A stretch of DNA of 64,000 nucleotides, filler included, from Stramenopiles sp. TOSAG23-6 (lineage: Eukaryota), in assembly GCA_900128565.1 (NCBI GenBank). It is 12 parts of 12 records of this genome, joined end to end, with 100 filler letters (N's around TTAATTAATTAA, not from the genome) between each part and the next. Parts side by side here need not be neighbours in the genome. Positions count along the whole stretch, not along the records: positions 1 to 5,306 come from LT636935.1; positions 5,407 to 10,705 come from LT636936.1; positions 10,806 to 16,101 come from LT636937.1; 9 more parts are not named here. One strand, 5' to 3'. This document shows positions 1 through 10,887 of the stretch, in pieces (position 1 is the first letter of the stretch; each line of letters starts with the position of its first letter). Under the pieces are notes generated by a model. It had not been told where the DNA came from. It did no database searches and was given only the letters and a program-made list of their open reading frames with translations. Position numbers and translations under genes: made by a program.

Positions 1-197
1 ACCCTATTATTGTACTTCGAGCTGAAATAGCTGCATCTTTAGGTGCACAAAGTCCCCTCTGTGGTGACCTTCTTTTGAATACAGTCACGGCACCTTTAAT
101 TTCGGAATCGGAGTTTCGTGATTTGGAGATGAGAGATGTTTGGTCTGCAAAAATATGAAAATATATTTCAAAAAATAAAAACTCGAAGTATTTTTTT

Positions 198-2414
198 TTA
201 TTGTTTTCTTCTTCTTCTTCTAAACTTTGGACTAAATCTTGAGAGGAAACTTCTCTTTTTCTTCAACTCTCCCTTTTTACTATTTCTAGTAGAAACTTTA
301 CTTGGAAAATTAGAGCCGCGTGCAAATAGTGGATTATCATGGGCATACTCAATAATTGCAACGTCTGAAGCTGAAGTACTATTTAAAAGGGCTTTTGATT
401 TAGTATCGATTCTTTCTTTTTCAAAATGAATCTTTTCATCTTTCAAAGTAGGCACCATAGTATTTTGAAAACTATTGGAATTGCCATGATCATTATACAT
501 GGACCTTCTTGAATTTATCAGACCTGAAAATGAGAATGACTTCATTCCTTTACTTTTATTTATTATTCCTCTACTATGTTGCAATTTTGGCTTACCAAAC
601 ACCCGTCTGGCTTTATTTGATGTTTTGTAAGCAGTGAAAATACCCCAAGGCCGAACTGCACTTTTTATTGTGTTTTCTGCTTTTATAATCGGATAAGACT
701 TACGTGGCATCATTTTTAAATCAATTAAAGGATTTGACCCTTCAATCCTAAATGTGTTATGTATACGCTGTAATTTGTTTTTACCTTGTATACCTATTTC
801 ATGTTTATCTCGTTCTGAACTATCATTGCTTTGGATATAGTTTTCTATTAGTTGCACGTTTTGCTCTTCATATTGATTACCATCAACGACATTCTTCGTT
901 TCATAATTTGTATCTGAGACAGCTTTATCAATCATGTCATTCGCCAATTCTTTTGCAATATTATCTAATGTTAAAGTTGTTTTTCTACCTAAAATACTTG
1001 CCGAATCTTTCCAAACAACATTTGATTCTTTAGTTGGCAAAGTATTCACATAATCTATTTCGTGTGCTGTATCATAATTTATTTTATTTGTATGATAATC
1101 TATTTGATGTTTTTTATTTGTAGGATTATAATCTATTTGATGTTTTTGATTCGGTGACATTAGATACATTTTTACACTCTCTAGTATCCGAATTTGTTCT
1201 ATATAAGCCACAACACCTAGGTCTATCAAACATTCTATGTCAAGCTGACATAAAATAGCACCATCTATGTCTTCTTCTTCAAAAGCACGTTTATGTATTG
1301 TGAAAAAATATTTCAAAAAAATCGTTAGGTACAAAATTTCATACCAAAAAAAAATTGATTCATGATGAAAACATACATGTTTTGACAAATCCGTTTGTTC
1401 TAACCACACTAAAACTTCCTGGGTGTTCCATAAAGGTAAATAGTGTGCCATACGTGTAATATAAGCCTCTGTTGGTGGTAACCACAAAGATGGTTTGTCG
1501 TCGTACTCGGAGGAAATTTGTTCAATCATTTGTGTTTTCCTCTGTTTGGAGTATTTTTCTATGACGTCATCATCAATAAAGCGAACATTTTTTATATTAT
1601 GGAAAACTTTTTCATTTGAGTTTGGGATACTATTCTTTGATATTTTAAGTCTTTCCTCTTCAAAACGTACTGTTTTTTTACTGAACTTGGAATTTAGGTT
1701 ATGAGCAATCTTCAATTCTGCACTTGCAATTTTCATCACTAAATTTACAGAGTTTTGTGTGACAAAACAATCTAATGAATGAGCTGTAATACTCTTATGC
1801 AACTTATATGCCAAACTTGCGCTAATACTATCACCAGAAGGAACACTTCTAATTGTTTCTAAAAACTGATAATTAGTCATCTCTTTGACAGGACTTGATT
1901 TGCTACCAGAAGTAAACACATCAAGCATCATTGCAGAAAAAATAGTAATGAACGCCGCTTCTTCCGAGCGGAAAACAACAAAATTTGAATTAATAAATAC
2001 TGATGCAAATGCACGAGCTACCATTTGAATCACTGAATAGTCTTCGACAATTTTAAAGAAACCCAAAAAATGCCGAAGCGAATGCTCAAAAGAACTTCGC
2101 TGGGGAAGCCTTGATTCCCACGCAAAAGCCTTTAGCAGATGGTAGGAAGAAATTCGTTTTGAAGCTGTTAAAAGACGCCCTAATAGAATCTTATCTAACT
2201 TTTGAAGTCTCTTCATTGATATAATATAGTACGCTATTGTATGATAATCTCTAAGTGAATCTATCAACCCATAATCAATCAGAAGCAAGATTGCAGCTTC
2301 TGGGCTCTTTTTGAAAAGTTCGATAAATTCTTCTTCAACTTGAGCTTCATGATCAGAAGACCATTCCCACATTACAGTATTGAAAAGCCTAGTACCACTG
2401 TATTTGTCATACAT
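198..2414 (-). CDS. Sec7-like domain + SAM domain protein; 2 exons (in-frame intron 1293-1376)
   Basis: N-terminal half resembles a Sec7 ARF-GEF domain (LDKILLGRLL, FEHSLRHFL, FRSEEAAFITIFSAMML). SAM motif WNTQEVLVWLE..DLSKH/KRAFEEEDIDGAILCQL becomes contiguous after removing 84 nt. Confidence 0.7.
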   Translation of the reverse strand: MYDKYSGTRLFNTVMWEWSSDHEAQVEEEFIELFKKSPEAAILLLIDYGLIDSLRDYHTIAYYIISMKRLQKLDKILLGRLLTASKRISSYHLLKAFAWESRLPQRSSFEHSLRHFLGFFKIVEDYSVIQMVARAFASVFINSNFVVFRSEEAAFITIFSAMMLDVFTSGSKSSPVKEMTNYQFLETIRSVPSGDSISASLAYKLHKSITAHSLDCFVTQNSVNLVMKIASAELKIAHNLNSKFSKKTVRFEEERLKISKNSIPNSNEKVFHNIKNVRFIDDDVIEKYSKQRKTQMIEQISSEYDDKPSLWLPPTEAYITRMAHYLPLWNTQEVLVWLEQTDLSKHVCFHHESIFFWYEILYLTIFLKYFFTIHKRAFEEEDIDGAILCQLDIECLIDLGVVAYIEQIRILESVKMYLMSPNQKHQIDYNPTNKKHQIDYHTNKINYDTAHEIDYVNTLPTKESNVVWKDSASILGRKTTLTLDNIAKELANDMIDKAVSDTNYETKNVVDGNQYEEQNVQLIENYIQSNDSSERDKHEIGIQGKNKLQRIHNTFRIEGSNPLIDLKMMPRKSYPIIKAENTIKSAVRPWGIFTAYKTSNKARRVFGKPKLQHSRGIINKSKGMKSFSFSGLINSRRSMYNDHGNSNSFQNTMVPTLKDEKIHFEKERIDTKSKALLNSTSASDVAIIEYAHDNPLFARGSNFPSKVSTRNSKKGELKKKRSFLSRFSPKFRRRRRKQ
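1293..1376 (-). other. family intron, GT-AT, 84 nt, phase 0
   Basis: cat|GTATGTTTTC...TGTACCTAAC...CACAATACAT|aaa; removal restores SAM domain spacing. Confidence 0.85.
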
Positions 2415-2820
2415 TCTATTGAATTTCAATGTATCATGAATGTACTGATATTAGGATATGTAAACTGTGTAATCCCTACTAGAGTAATTGGCGGTTGATA
2501 GGCATTATTCTTCACCTTGACGCTACTTGTGTATTACCTAGTAGGAGTATTTCCTGATTTTTACAGTTTCATTTTCACTTTTGCGTTAATTAACACACTT
2601 GACTTCGAAACTAAATAAAAAAAAACTCGGACAAACCTAAACCCTAAACCTAAACTCTTTTAATCACAATAAACAATGTGTGGGGAAATGTGGCCAAAAC
2701 TGTAACAAATTATTATCAACAATATCACATGAAATGTGTTTTATTTATAAACAACTCGTTGCTTTCTTATACATTGTAAGATTCTTAAATCCATTCTGTA
2801 AATGAATTGAACTCCACCGA

Positions 2821-3894
2821 TTATATTGTAAGATTCCTAAATCTCAGACTTGGTGGTTTTGATATTTTATCTTTGTCTGTACCAATTGTTGGACTTATAT
2901 CTAATAGCAATTCTATAGGCCAATGATCAGAAACTGATTTAATGTGTTCCCGATGCAACTTGAAACTGTCGCCGAAGTTAAAAGCATCGGCATCGACAAA
3001 TCGTTTCACGCAATCGTCGCAACCTCCCGAGAAAACAAACCTATCATACGTACAAGTACGCCCAAATGTAGTAGTCGTATCTACATCTTCTGGTAATAAC
3101 CAAGTGTACTTTTTTGGATTCCAGAGTCGCATTTTTGTTGTTGAGCAAGTATCACTTTTTATACAATTCCACTTCTTTTTGGATATATAGGCACAGTCAG
3201 CGTTTAAATCTCCCATCAGAAGAACACCCAACCCAGCAATCGATGTTTTCACTACACTGTCTACTAGCCTTGCCAATTTATCAATTTCTCTAATTGCGTC
3301 AGTTGGTTTTACATGAATTCCAAGCGTTGCAAATACATGAGATGACTTTTTTTTTGATGGCATTTTCGGATTCTTCACTTGCCAAAAGACTAAACTTGGT
3401 TTTCTCTCCCAAACATTACTTTTATCTTTGACCTCTAGCTCTTTGTGGACAGGGCGGACACGGGCCTTTTTGTAAAACCAAACATACTGTTCTTTCGACT
3501 TACTTCGACCGAGACGCTTTCCCACCAGAACAGAAAATGTGTTCTTTTTGTCCGCAGACTCATTTACAAGACTCAGCAATGCTTTCACTGCCTCTCCAGA
3601 TGCATCCCTAACTTCTTGCAAAAATAGAATATCATACCGCTGAACTATCGAAGCAAGCGTTTTCATCACTTCGGCGTTTTTCCGCTTTTTCTCACCAAAT
3701 ATTTGAGCATTGAAAGAACCAATTCTCAGCTTACCCTCTGGCACAGTAACTACTTTTTGTTTCTCTTTATCTATCTCATCTTCGGGAAAATCTACTGACT
3801 TTAGTTTCTGTTTATCTACTAATTCTTCATTTTTTGAAGATGAAACAAAAACAAAACAGATAAATACAACGATTTTTCCCAGCCTTGTAATCAT
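2821..3894 (-). CDS. deoxyribonuclease I family protein, secreted
   Basis: LRIGSFNAQIFGEKK, YDILFLQEVRD, LGRSKSKEQY, MGDLNADCAY, YDRFV, VSDHWPIE motifs; N-terminal hydrophobic signal; intronless. Confidence 0.9.
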   Translation of the reverse strand: MITRLGKIVVFICFVFVSSSKNEELVDKQKLKSVDFPEDEIDKEKQKVVTVPEGKLRIGSFNAQIFGEKKRKNAEVMKTLASIVQRYDILFLQEVRDASGEAVKALLSLVNESADKKNTFSVLVGKRLGRSKSKEQYVWFYKKARVRPVHKELEVKDKSNVWERKPSLVFWQVKNPKMPSKKKSSHVFATLGIHVKPTDAIREIDKLARLVDSVVKTSIAGLGVLLMGDLNADCAYISKKKWNCIKSDTCSTTKMRLWNPKKYTWLLPEDVDTTTTFGRTCTYDRFVFSGGCDDCVKRFVDADAFNFGDSFKLHREHIKSVSDHWPIELLLDISPTIGTDKDKISKPPSLRFRNLTI

Positions 3895-4156
3895 GGTTCA
3901 GAAAAGCTCAAATAGTAAGTGGTTGGTGTGGATATAGGCTATAGGGTAAGCGCTGCCGGTAAGTCAAAAGTGATAAGGAACTTCAGAGGAACTGACTCAT
4001 CTGGAAAAATCTCGGACAAACCTGTTATAAAAAAAAATCGCTCAAGAATTTTCGAATCCAGCTGCTGCTTCAGGAAAAGAAAAATCTCTCTCTCTCTAAA
4101 ACGCGTGCGGAAACACAATCTAGTTAGTTGCATTTGCATTGATAACGACTAGAACT

Positions 4157-4846
4157 ATGGTACAGGCTACAAAGGTGACAGTAGTATCAACTACACCAAT
4201 GACAAATTCGAAAAAGCCGTATCGAAAAAATAAGCGCAAGCACCGTAAAGGACCAAAACGGGCTCTCTCAGGTTACATGTTTTTTGTGAAGCTTCGCAGA
4301 GAAAGTGTAAAAATAGCTAACCCAACTCTCGATAATAAAACTCTTGTTTCTAAATTGGGTGAAATGTGGCGGTCAATGACAGCTCTTGATAAAGCGGAAT
4401 TTACAACTCTTTCCTTGAAGGACAAAGAACGATATGAAGATGAAAAAAAAAATTGGGTTCCTTCCGAACATGAACCAAAGCGTAAGGTAAAGAAGCCTCG
4501 TAAACCCGGACCAAAGCGCGCACTTTCAGCATACATGTTTTTTGTTAAACTCCAGCGGGATAATGTAAAAAAAGCTAATGTTAATGCGGAGAACAGACAA
4601 ATTATTTCGAAACTTGGAACTTTGTGGCGACAAATGAGTGATAAGGATAAAATGCAATACGAAGTAATGGCAGAAAAGGACAAGGTTAGATTTACTAACG
4701 AAAAGATAAAATGGGATGCTAATAATGCTCATTTGGTGAACAACATGAACAACAGTCACATGAATCCCATAAAAGGAGAAGTAATGAGAGTCATGGAAGT
4801 GACTCATATCCCGCATCAATTACAGGCTCATGCTCATATATTATAG
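4157..4846 (+). CDS. HMG-box protein with two boxes
   Basis: Two PKRALS(G/A)YMFFVK...LG.MW..M...DK..Y/F motifs. Confidence 0.92.
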   Translation: MVQATKVTVVSTTPMTNSKKPYRKNKRKHRKGPKRALSGYMFFVKLRRESVKIANPTLDNKTLVSKLGEMWRSMTALDKAEFTTLSLKDKERYEDEKKNWVPSEHEPKRKVKKPRKPGPKRALSAYMFFVKLQRDNVKKANVNAENRQIISKLGTLWRQMSDKDKMQYEVMAEKDKVRFTNEKIKWDANNAHLVNNMNNSHMNPIKGEVMRVMEVTHIPHQLQAHAHIL

Positions 4847-5039
4847 TGAACGTCTGAAATTAGATTCCCGTGTCACGTCTAGTCTAATTGTATCCATTGT
4901 TGACAACATATTATTATGGGCTTACTGCCCCTCTCTAGAAGTATCAGTGGAAAAAAACGCGCCTTCTATTATTGTGCTATATAAATTTAGAAATAAGAAC
5001 TAAAATTATTTTATTTTTTCCAAACTTCAAAAAATTATT

Positions 5040-5306
5040 TTATTTTTTCCAAACTTCAAAGTGACAATAGCGATTGAAATGTATACAACGTCTTGTGCGA
5101 AAAACTATCGCAGGACAATTTCCAACTGCATAATTAATACAATCCTTATCTCTTCTACATTTAATTTTCGTAGTGGCATAAGAACACACACGCCCTTGAT
5201 TTGGAATTTCAACTGCAAGCTTGGCATCTTTTTCACCAATTTTAACCATGTAATCTAGATTGGAAGTATCGAAATCTAAAGTCCCGTTTAGAGGGACCGA
5301 CGGGTA
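5040..5306 (-). CDS. partial C-terminus of a Cys-rich hypothetical protein
   Basis: Frame open from the contig edge to the stop at 5040; no recognised family. Confidence 0.4.
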   Translation of the reverse strand, partial: YPSVPLNGTLDFDTSNLDYMVKIGEKDAKLAVEIPNQGRVCSYATTKIKCRRDKDCINYAVGNCPAIVFRTRRCIHFNRYCHFEVWKK

Positions 5307-5406
5307 NNNNNNNNNNNNNNNNNNNNNNNNNNNNNNNNNNNNNNNNNNNNTTAATTAATTAANNNNNNNNNNNNNNNNNNNNNNNNNNNNNNNNNNNNNN
5401 NNNNNN
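5307..5406. other. artificial contig linker N44-TTAATTAATTAA-N44; repeated at 10706, 16102, 21495, 26885, 32260, 37635, 43005, 48366, 53726, 59086
   Basis: Identical 100-nt six-frame-stop spacer; intervening contigs never increase in length, running from 5299 down to 5260 nt. Confidence 0.97.
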
Positions 5407-5500
5407 GTTTTCATTTCAATTTCGAATTTATTTTTTTTTTCGTACGAAATTTTGTACCTAAAGAAAAACGTTTTTTTTTTGAAATATTTTTTCACATTAA

Positions 5501-7924
5501 ATCATCGTTCGGGAAGGAATGGAACATCCGAAATTCATATTGATTGAGGAGGGGAGTTGTAAGGTCATGACGCGAGCACATCATTCTTCTGGTGTTTTAG
5601 AAAAGGGTGATTGTTTTGGTGAAGATTCCATACTCAATAAAGATCTTACATCTGCAACGATTCTCGTTCATTCGGATATTCTAATAGTTTGGGTAGTCGA
5701 TGGAATTATCTTTGAAGATTTATTACGTCCACGAAAATATTCAATCATTCAAAGAAAATCCATCTTGAGTAAAATTGAATTATTTCGTGATTTGTCAACA
5801 GATCAGTTGTTACTTCTAGCAAATAAACTCGGAGAATGCTCATTTAAAAATGGTACAACAGTATTTTCTGAAAACGAGGAAGCAAATCATGTATGTTTTA
5901 TTTTTTTTTCAATTTCGAGTTTTTTTTTTCGTACGAAATTTTGTACCTAACAAATTTAAGTTTTTTTTTTTTGAATATTTTTCCAAAATACATATGTATA
6001 TCATTATATCAGGTAGCATTAAAGTGTTTACCACCCAAAGAACTCAGCAAAACATTGGATTAGGGTTAGGATTAAAAAATAGCAAAAATGAAACGAATCA
6101 ATATCCAAATAACTCTAATCAATATATTAGTACAATTTATCCAAATAAGATCATTGGTGTAACTGCATTATTATTGAATAAGAATCATTTCTTTACAGGA
6201 ATTGCTGAATCAGGAAAAGAGCAACCAACACAAGATATAGAACTATTTTCAATAAGTAAATTAGATGTGAGTGATATACTATCTATCTTATCTATACCAG
6301 TGATAGAAAGACTTCTAATAGCTCAACTTAGAACATTACCACAATATTACAGAAACTTAAATACAAATCTTGAAAAAATAATAGTTAATTCGATGAAAGT
6401 CAATAATTTTGAAACAGGCAGACACATCATTCCAGGTAATGACTATCCAAAAAATATGTTTTATATTTGTTCAGGAAGTGTCAAGATTATAAATATGTTG
6501 AAACAAAAGAGAAATGATAAAAATTATCCATTTTCAAAGAATTTCTCTACAAACAAAAACGAAACTGTGCATGTTTTTGATGAGAGTCATCATTCCTCAT
6601 CATTTCAAGATAATCAAGATAATGTTTTTGCTGGTGCTTTCTCATCTAAACAACGGAATAAAATTATTATTGCCGGTGAATTCTTTCCGGAAAGTGCAAT
6701 GTACGTTTTTATTATAATTTTTATTTTATTTTTTTTTTTGTAAAACTTTTTTGCACCTCACGAAAGTTTTGAAAAAAATGAAATAATTTTTCACAATACA
6801 TGAGTAAACGCCCAGAAATTGAAAATGACAAATATATTGTCAAATCAAATGCTGTTATAATTAGCTATATTACTGTTTCTGAAGCATATAACCAATTAAA
6901 ATATAATGGGGATAGAAATATGTCGTATGACGACATTAGTTCATCCGATATATCCTCAGATTCATCATATACATCAGATATTTCAGACACAAATCAAAAT
7001 AATGAGGATAATGATACAATGATGCTGTCACGTTTATTACATTCTACAATAAGTGAAGAAAACAATACAATAAATATCGACGCAAATATGACATTTCAAA
7101 AGAATAAAATAGACCAAAAAACAAAACTCAAATGTAAAAAGGATCAAAATGAGCATTTGAAATTGCAATCGCGTATACATCATCAAGAGCTAGTGTCTTT
7201 ACATCAAATAAAGAAAATTTCTCTGCTTGCAAAAATGACAAAATTAATGGATGAATTTATGGTGAAAAAACACGAATTTCATCGGTTACGACATAAACCT
7301 CGAAACAACCGATTATACAAAGCAGAAACTAATCCATATAATCAATATCCTGAAACAAATAGACATAGAAAGTTACTTATGGGTGCTCATATACATATGA
7401 AACGTGAGAGATATTTGAGGAAACATTTGCAAAAAGAAGCAGATAATAAGCGAAAATTAAAAATACAAGAACAAATAAAACAAAAGATAAAGCAAGAACA
7501 AATAAAACAAAAGATAAAGCAAGAACAAATAAAAAAAAGAAAACAGAAAAAACAAGAGCTTTTCAATGAAATAAATTATCCAGGAGTTTTGAATAATTTG
7601 GATTCTCTGAGTGAAATCAGTAAAACATTAGTAAAAGCTTTTGAAAAATTTACTAATGTAGAACGAAAAGATGTGAAATATATGACGCCATCAAGGACAA
7701 ACACTTTGTTTTCATACTCCAGACAAATTGGAGAATATGTCAATGAGGATGACATTTCTCCAACATCTTTTGATCAATATAAAAATAGACATTTTGATGT
7801 TCATGATGGGACACCAAAAAACACGCCTCCAAGTTCTCCTATCAAATATGAGAGACATTTTGATGTTCATGATGGGACACCAAAAAACACGCCTCCTGGT
7901 TCTCCTATCAAATATTTTTCATAA
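5501..7924 (+). CDS. cyclic-nucleotide-binding domain protein, 5' partial; introns 5891-5993 and 6701-6801
   Basis: Repeated cNMP motifs (FILIEEGSCKV..GDCFGE; FSENEEANH+MYIIISGSIKV; MFYICSGSVKI..GEFFPE); three ORFs join in frame after GT-AT removal. Confidence 0.8.
5891..5993 (+). other. family intron, GT-AT, 103 nt, phase 0
   Basis: cat|GTATGTTTT...CGTACGAAATTTTGTACCTAAC...CCAAAATACAT|atg gives ANH-MYIIISG; the first in-frame AG would delete the conserved strand. Confidence 0.88.
6701..6801 (+). other. family intron, GT-AT, 101 nt, phase 2
   Basis: gca at|GTACGTTTT...CACAATACAT|g agt joins ORF 5850 to ORF 6800; degenerate branch TGCACCTCAC. Confidence 0.8.
7786..7914 (+). repeat. 63-nt coding tandem duplication (RHFDVHDGTPKNTPP x2)
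   Basis: Near-identical direct repeat visible in DNA and protein. Confidence 0.85.
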
Positions 7925-8011
7925 AACAAATAAACGATACAGTACAAAAAATAAGTTTGATATTTTTATAATTATTTTACAGTACAAAAAATACGTTTGA
8001 TATTTTTATAA

Positions 8012-8860
8012 TTATTTTACATTTTGTGCGATAGCGCCTACCAACTTAAATATTGCACTGATAACAACCATTCTAATGAATGATTCAAACATTTTAAAAA
8101 GAAATGATTTGTCAGTGGATTTTTGTTTGCCTTTTACTTTGCCACTATTAGGGTTAGGACTCACTTTGCATTGACGTTGGACAACTGCAAGGATAAAACA
8201 AGTCATACAAATCTCACGAAATAAAATGATAAATTTCCTTTGCCGTTTTGTACAATTCATTCTTTCAGCTTCGATAGAAAGTGCTTTGTTCACATCAGTA
8301 AATGTATTTTCATGTAAAGGTGACTTCAAATTATTCCGCACAATATTTTTAACGAGAAGATAAAATGAGTCATTACTCCTAGTAAGTCTGTCTAATTTGA
8401 GTTCAGGACATAAAGCCTCAAAAAGAGAAGCATCTTTACCTATATAACTTGACACTGCTAGTTTCACTTCGGATTGTACGTCCAAATACAGTTGGCGACG
8501 TGAAGACTTTGGTAATTTTGACCACTGTAAGGAAAACATTTTCTTTGTTGTTTTCCATAATTGGACGAGTTCAGTCTTTTTTGTACAAAGATGAGTCTGT
8601 AGTTGACTAATGTATAGTCCCGAAGGAATGATAACTTTTCTACATATCAACTTTTTGGTTTTGTTTTTCCGTTCCTTATTGCCTGTAGTAACCTCATCAC
8701 TGAGAGGTAGAGGTAAACGGATAGATAAGACTGTGCCGTTAGGATCAACTGTTGGTGGTCTCTGAGATTTTTGAATCATTGCAATATATACATATATTGA
8801 TCCTCCCACTAAAAGTGTAGCAACACTCACCACACAAAATACAGGGTCTAACTGGATCAT
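8012..8860 (-). CDS. hypothetical membrane protein
   Basis: 282-aa ORF with N- and C-terminal hydrophobic segments. Confidence 0.6.
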   Translation of the reverse strand: MIQLDPVFCVVSVATLLVGGSIYVYIAMIQKSQRPPTVDPNGTVLSIRLPLPLSDEVTTGNKERKNKTKKLICRKVIIPSGLYISQLQTHLCTKKTELVQLWKTTKKMFSLQWSKLPKSSRRQLYLDVQSEVKLAVSSYIGKDASLFEALCPELKLDRLTRSNDSFYLLVKNIVRNNLKSPLHENTFTDVNKALSIEAERMNCTKRQRKFIILFREICMTCFILAVVQRQCKVSPNPNSGKVKGKQKSTDKSFLFKMFESFIRMVVISAIFKLVGAIAQNVK

Positions 8861-9124
8861 TCTGGCTAAATAGGTTGGAAAATATACTTGTTTGTATAGA
8901 AACTCGGTTAAATTCTATACACAGAATGACTTCCACAACAACAAACTCAGCGACGAGATGATCGATGTTGACATCATCAACACGTGTCAAATGATTGGCC
9001 AAAAAGTGAAAAACTCACTCGATGGTATCCAAGGATCAATAGTATTAATATATCGACACAATACTATTTGTATTCAGGTTGACATTTATATTTGTCAATC
9101 TGACTTCTTTGGTAAACTTCATTA

Positions 9125-10584
9125 ATGTGGGGCGATGATAGAAATTCTTCAAAGTATAATGATTCAGACGCTAGCCTAGGTGATGTGGAGTTGGCTTTAA
9201 AAGGTGACAACTTGGCTGCAGTCGCTCGTAACATTGCTGCAAAAGAATCTGTCGTTTCCTTTGCTGATAAACCTCACCATAGTTTTGGAAATAATGGACA
9301 AGGTACACTGGAAGGTGTGTTTATACCATGTGTTCAAAACATTCTTGGAGTTATTATGTTTCTTCGAGTAGGCTGGATGACTGGCCAAGCTGGACTAGCA
9401 CTTCTTACTGGTCTCATGGTTCTCTGTGTGTCAGCGACAACCTTGACATCGCTATCTCTATCTGCTTTAGCTACAAATGGAAAAGTAGCATCTGGTGGAC
9501 CATATTACGTGGTGTCACGTAATCTTGGCCCTGCATATGGTGGTGCCATCGGGATTCTATTTTATTTAGGGACTACTATCGCTGGTTCAATGTATGCGTT
9601 AGGTGCGATAGAAGCCCTTCAAGCAGCATTTGAATTTGATAATGGTATTTTAGGTTTAGGTGAAAATACTAAATTAAATGAAATGCGTGTTGGTGCTATT
9701 TGTGTATTAATATTGGCTGGTTTAATCGTCAAATTAGGTATTAGAACGATTAATACAATTTCTATAATAGTGTTTGGTATTGTCATGCTTTCTGTTGTCA
9801 TGATGTTTAGTGGTTTAATTTTACACGCGGGAAAAGTGTGGCATCCTGATAACATTTTATCCGTACCCATCTCGGATAATTTCTCTTCACATTTTCAGAA
9901 AGATCCGGACACGAACATTACACCGAATTTTACAATCTTGTTAGGTATTCTTTTTCCAGGTTTTACTGGTATAATGGCGGGGACAAATCGATCAGGTCAA
10001 TTACGTGATGCAGGTCAGTCTATTCCTAGAGGAACTCTATGTGCAATATGTGTGACATTTATATTAAATTTAGGTGTTGCTTGGTTAGGTGGCTGTGTTG
10101 ATCCTCAAATTCTCAAAGATGATAAAACTATTCTAGCAACGATTGCATGGCCAAATCAATATCCCGTAGCCGTAGGAATTTTTTGTTCTTGCGTTGGTGC
10201 AGCCTTGCAATGTATAGCCGGTTCAGCACAATTATTACTTGCTATAGTAAAAGACGATACACCAACATTACGTTGGTTATTACCGTATACAGATATGTCA
10301 TATTCAATATGTAGTAAAGGTGTAAAACACAAATCAAATTCAAATGGAGACTTGACAGATGAATTAACCCCTAACCCTAACCCTAATAATGAAAACCCTA
10401 ACCCTAAGGAAAACATTGAACATCTAAACTTGAAGAAGAAGCAAGGTATCCCGTCTGTTTTATTAGGTATTAACGTTGGTATAGCAAGTTTATGCTGTAT
10501 ACCAGGTAATTTAGACGTAGTTTCGCCAATAGTGACAATGTTTTTTCTTGTCATGTATGCATCTATAAATGCAGCATGTTGTCT
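9125..10584 (+). CDS. cation-chloride cotransporter (SLC12 family), 3' partial
   Basis: GTLEGVFIPCVQNILGVIMFLRVGW, ATNG..GGPYYVVSRNLGP, FPGFTGIMAG.NRSG.L.D..SIPRGT; interrupted by a family intron at 10585 that runs into the contig end. Confidence 0.92.
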
Positions 10585-10805
10585 GTACGTTTTTATCATG
10601 TCGATTTTTAATTTTTTTTTTTTGAAACAATTTTTTTTTTTTTTTTTTTTTTTTAGTAAATTTCGTACCTAAAAAAAAAAAATATTTTTTTTTTGTGCAA
10701 TTTTTNNNNNNNNNNNNNNNNNNNNNNNNNNNNNNNNNNNNNNNNNNNNTTAATTAATTAANNNNNNNNNNNNNNNNNNNNNNNNNNNNNNNNNNNNNNN
10801 NNNNN

Positions 10806-10837
<32 letters not shown>

Positions 10838-10887
10838 CAAAAAAAAAAAAAAAAAAAAAAAAATCAACCCTAACCCTAACCCTAATA

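Noticed and set aside
5351-5362. TTAATTAATTAA recurring every ~5.4 kb as a biological periodic element
   Set aside because: Always centred in 100-nt N spacers between size-sorted contigs; an assembly linker.
5889-5991. U12-type AT-AC introns
   Set aside because: No ATATCCTT donor; copies lacking the upstream AT keep GT and AT ends, and AG-ending members keep the same GT.
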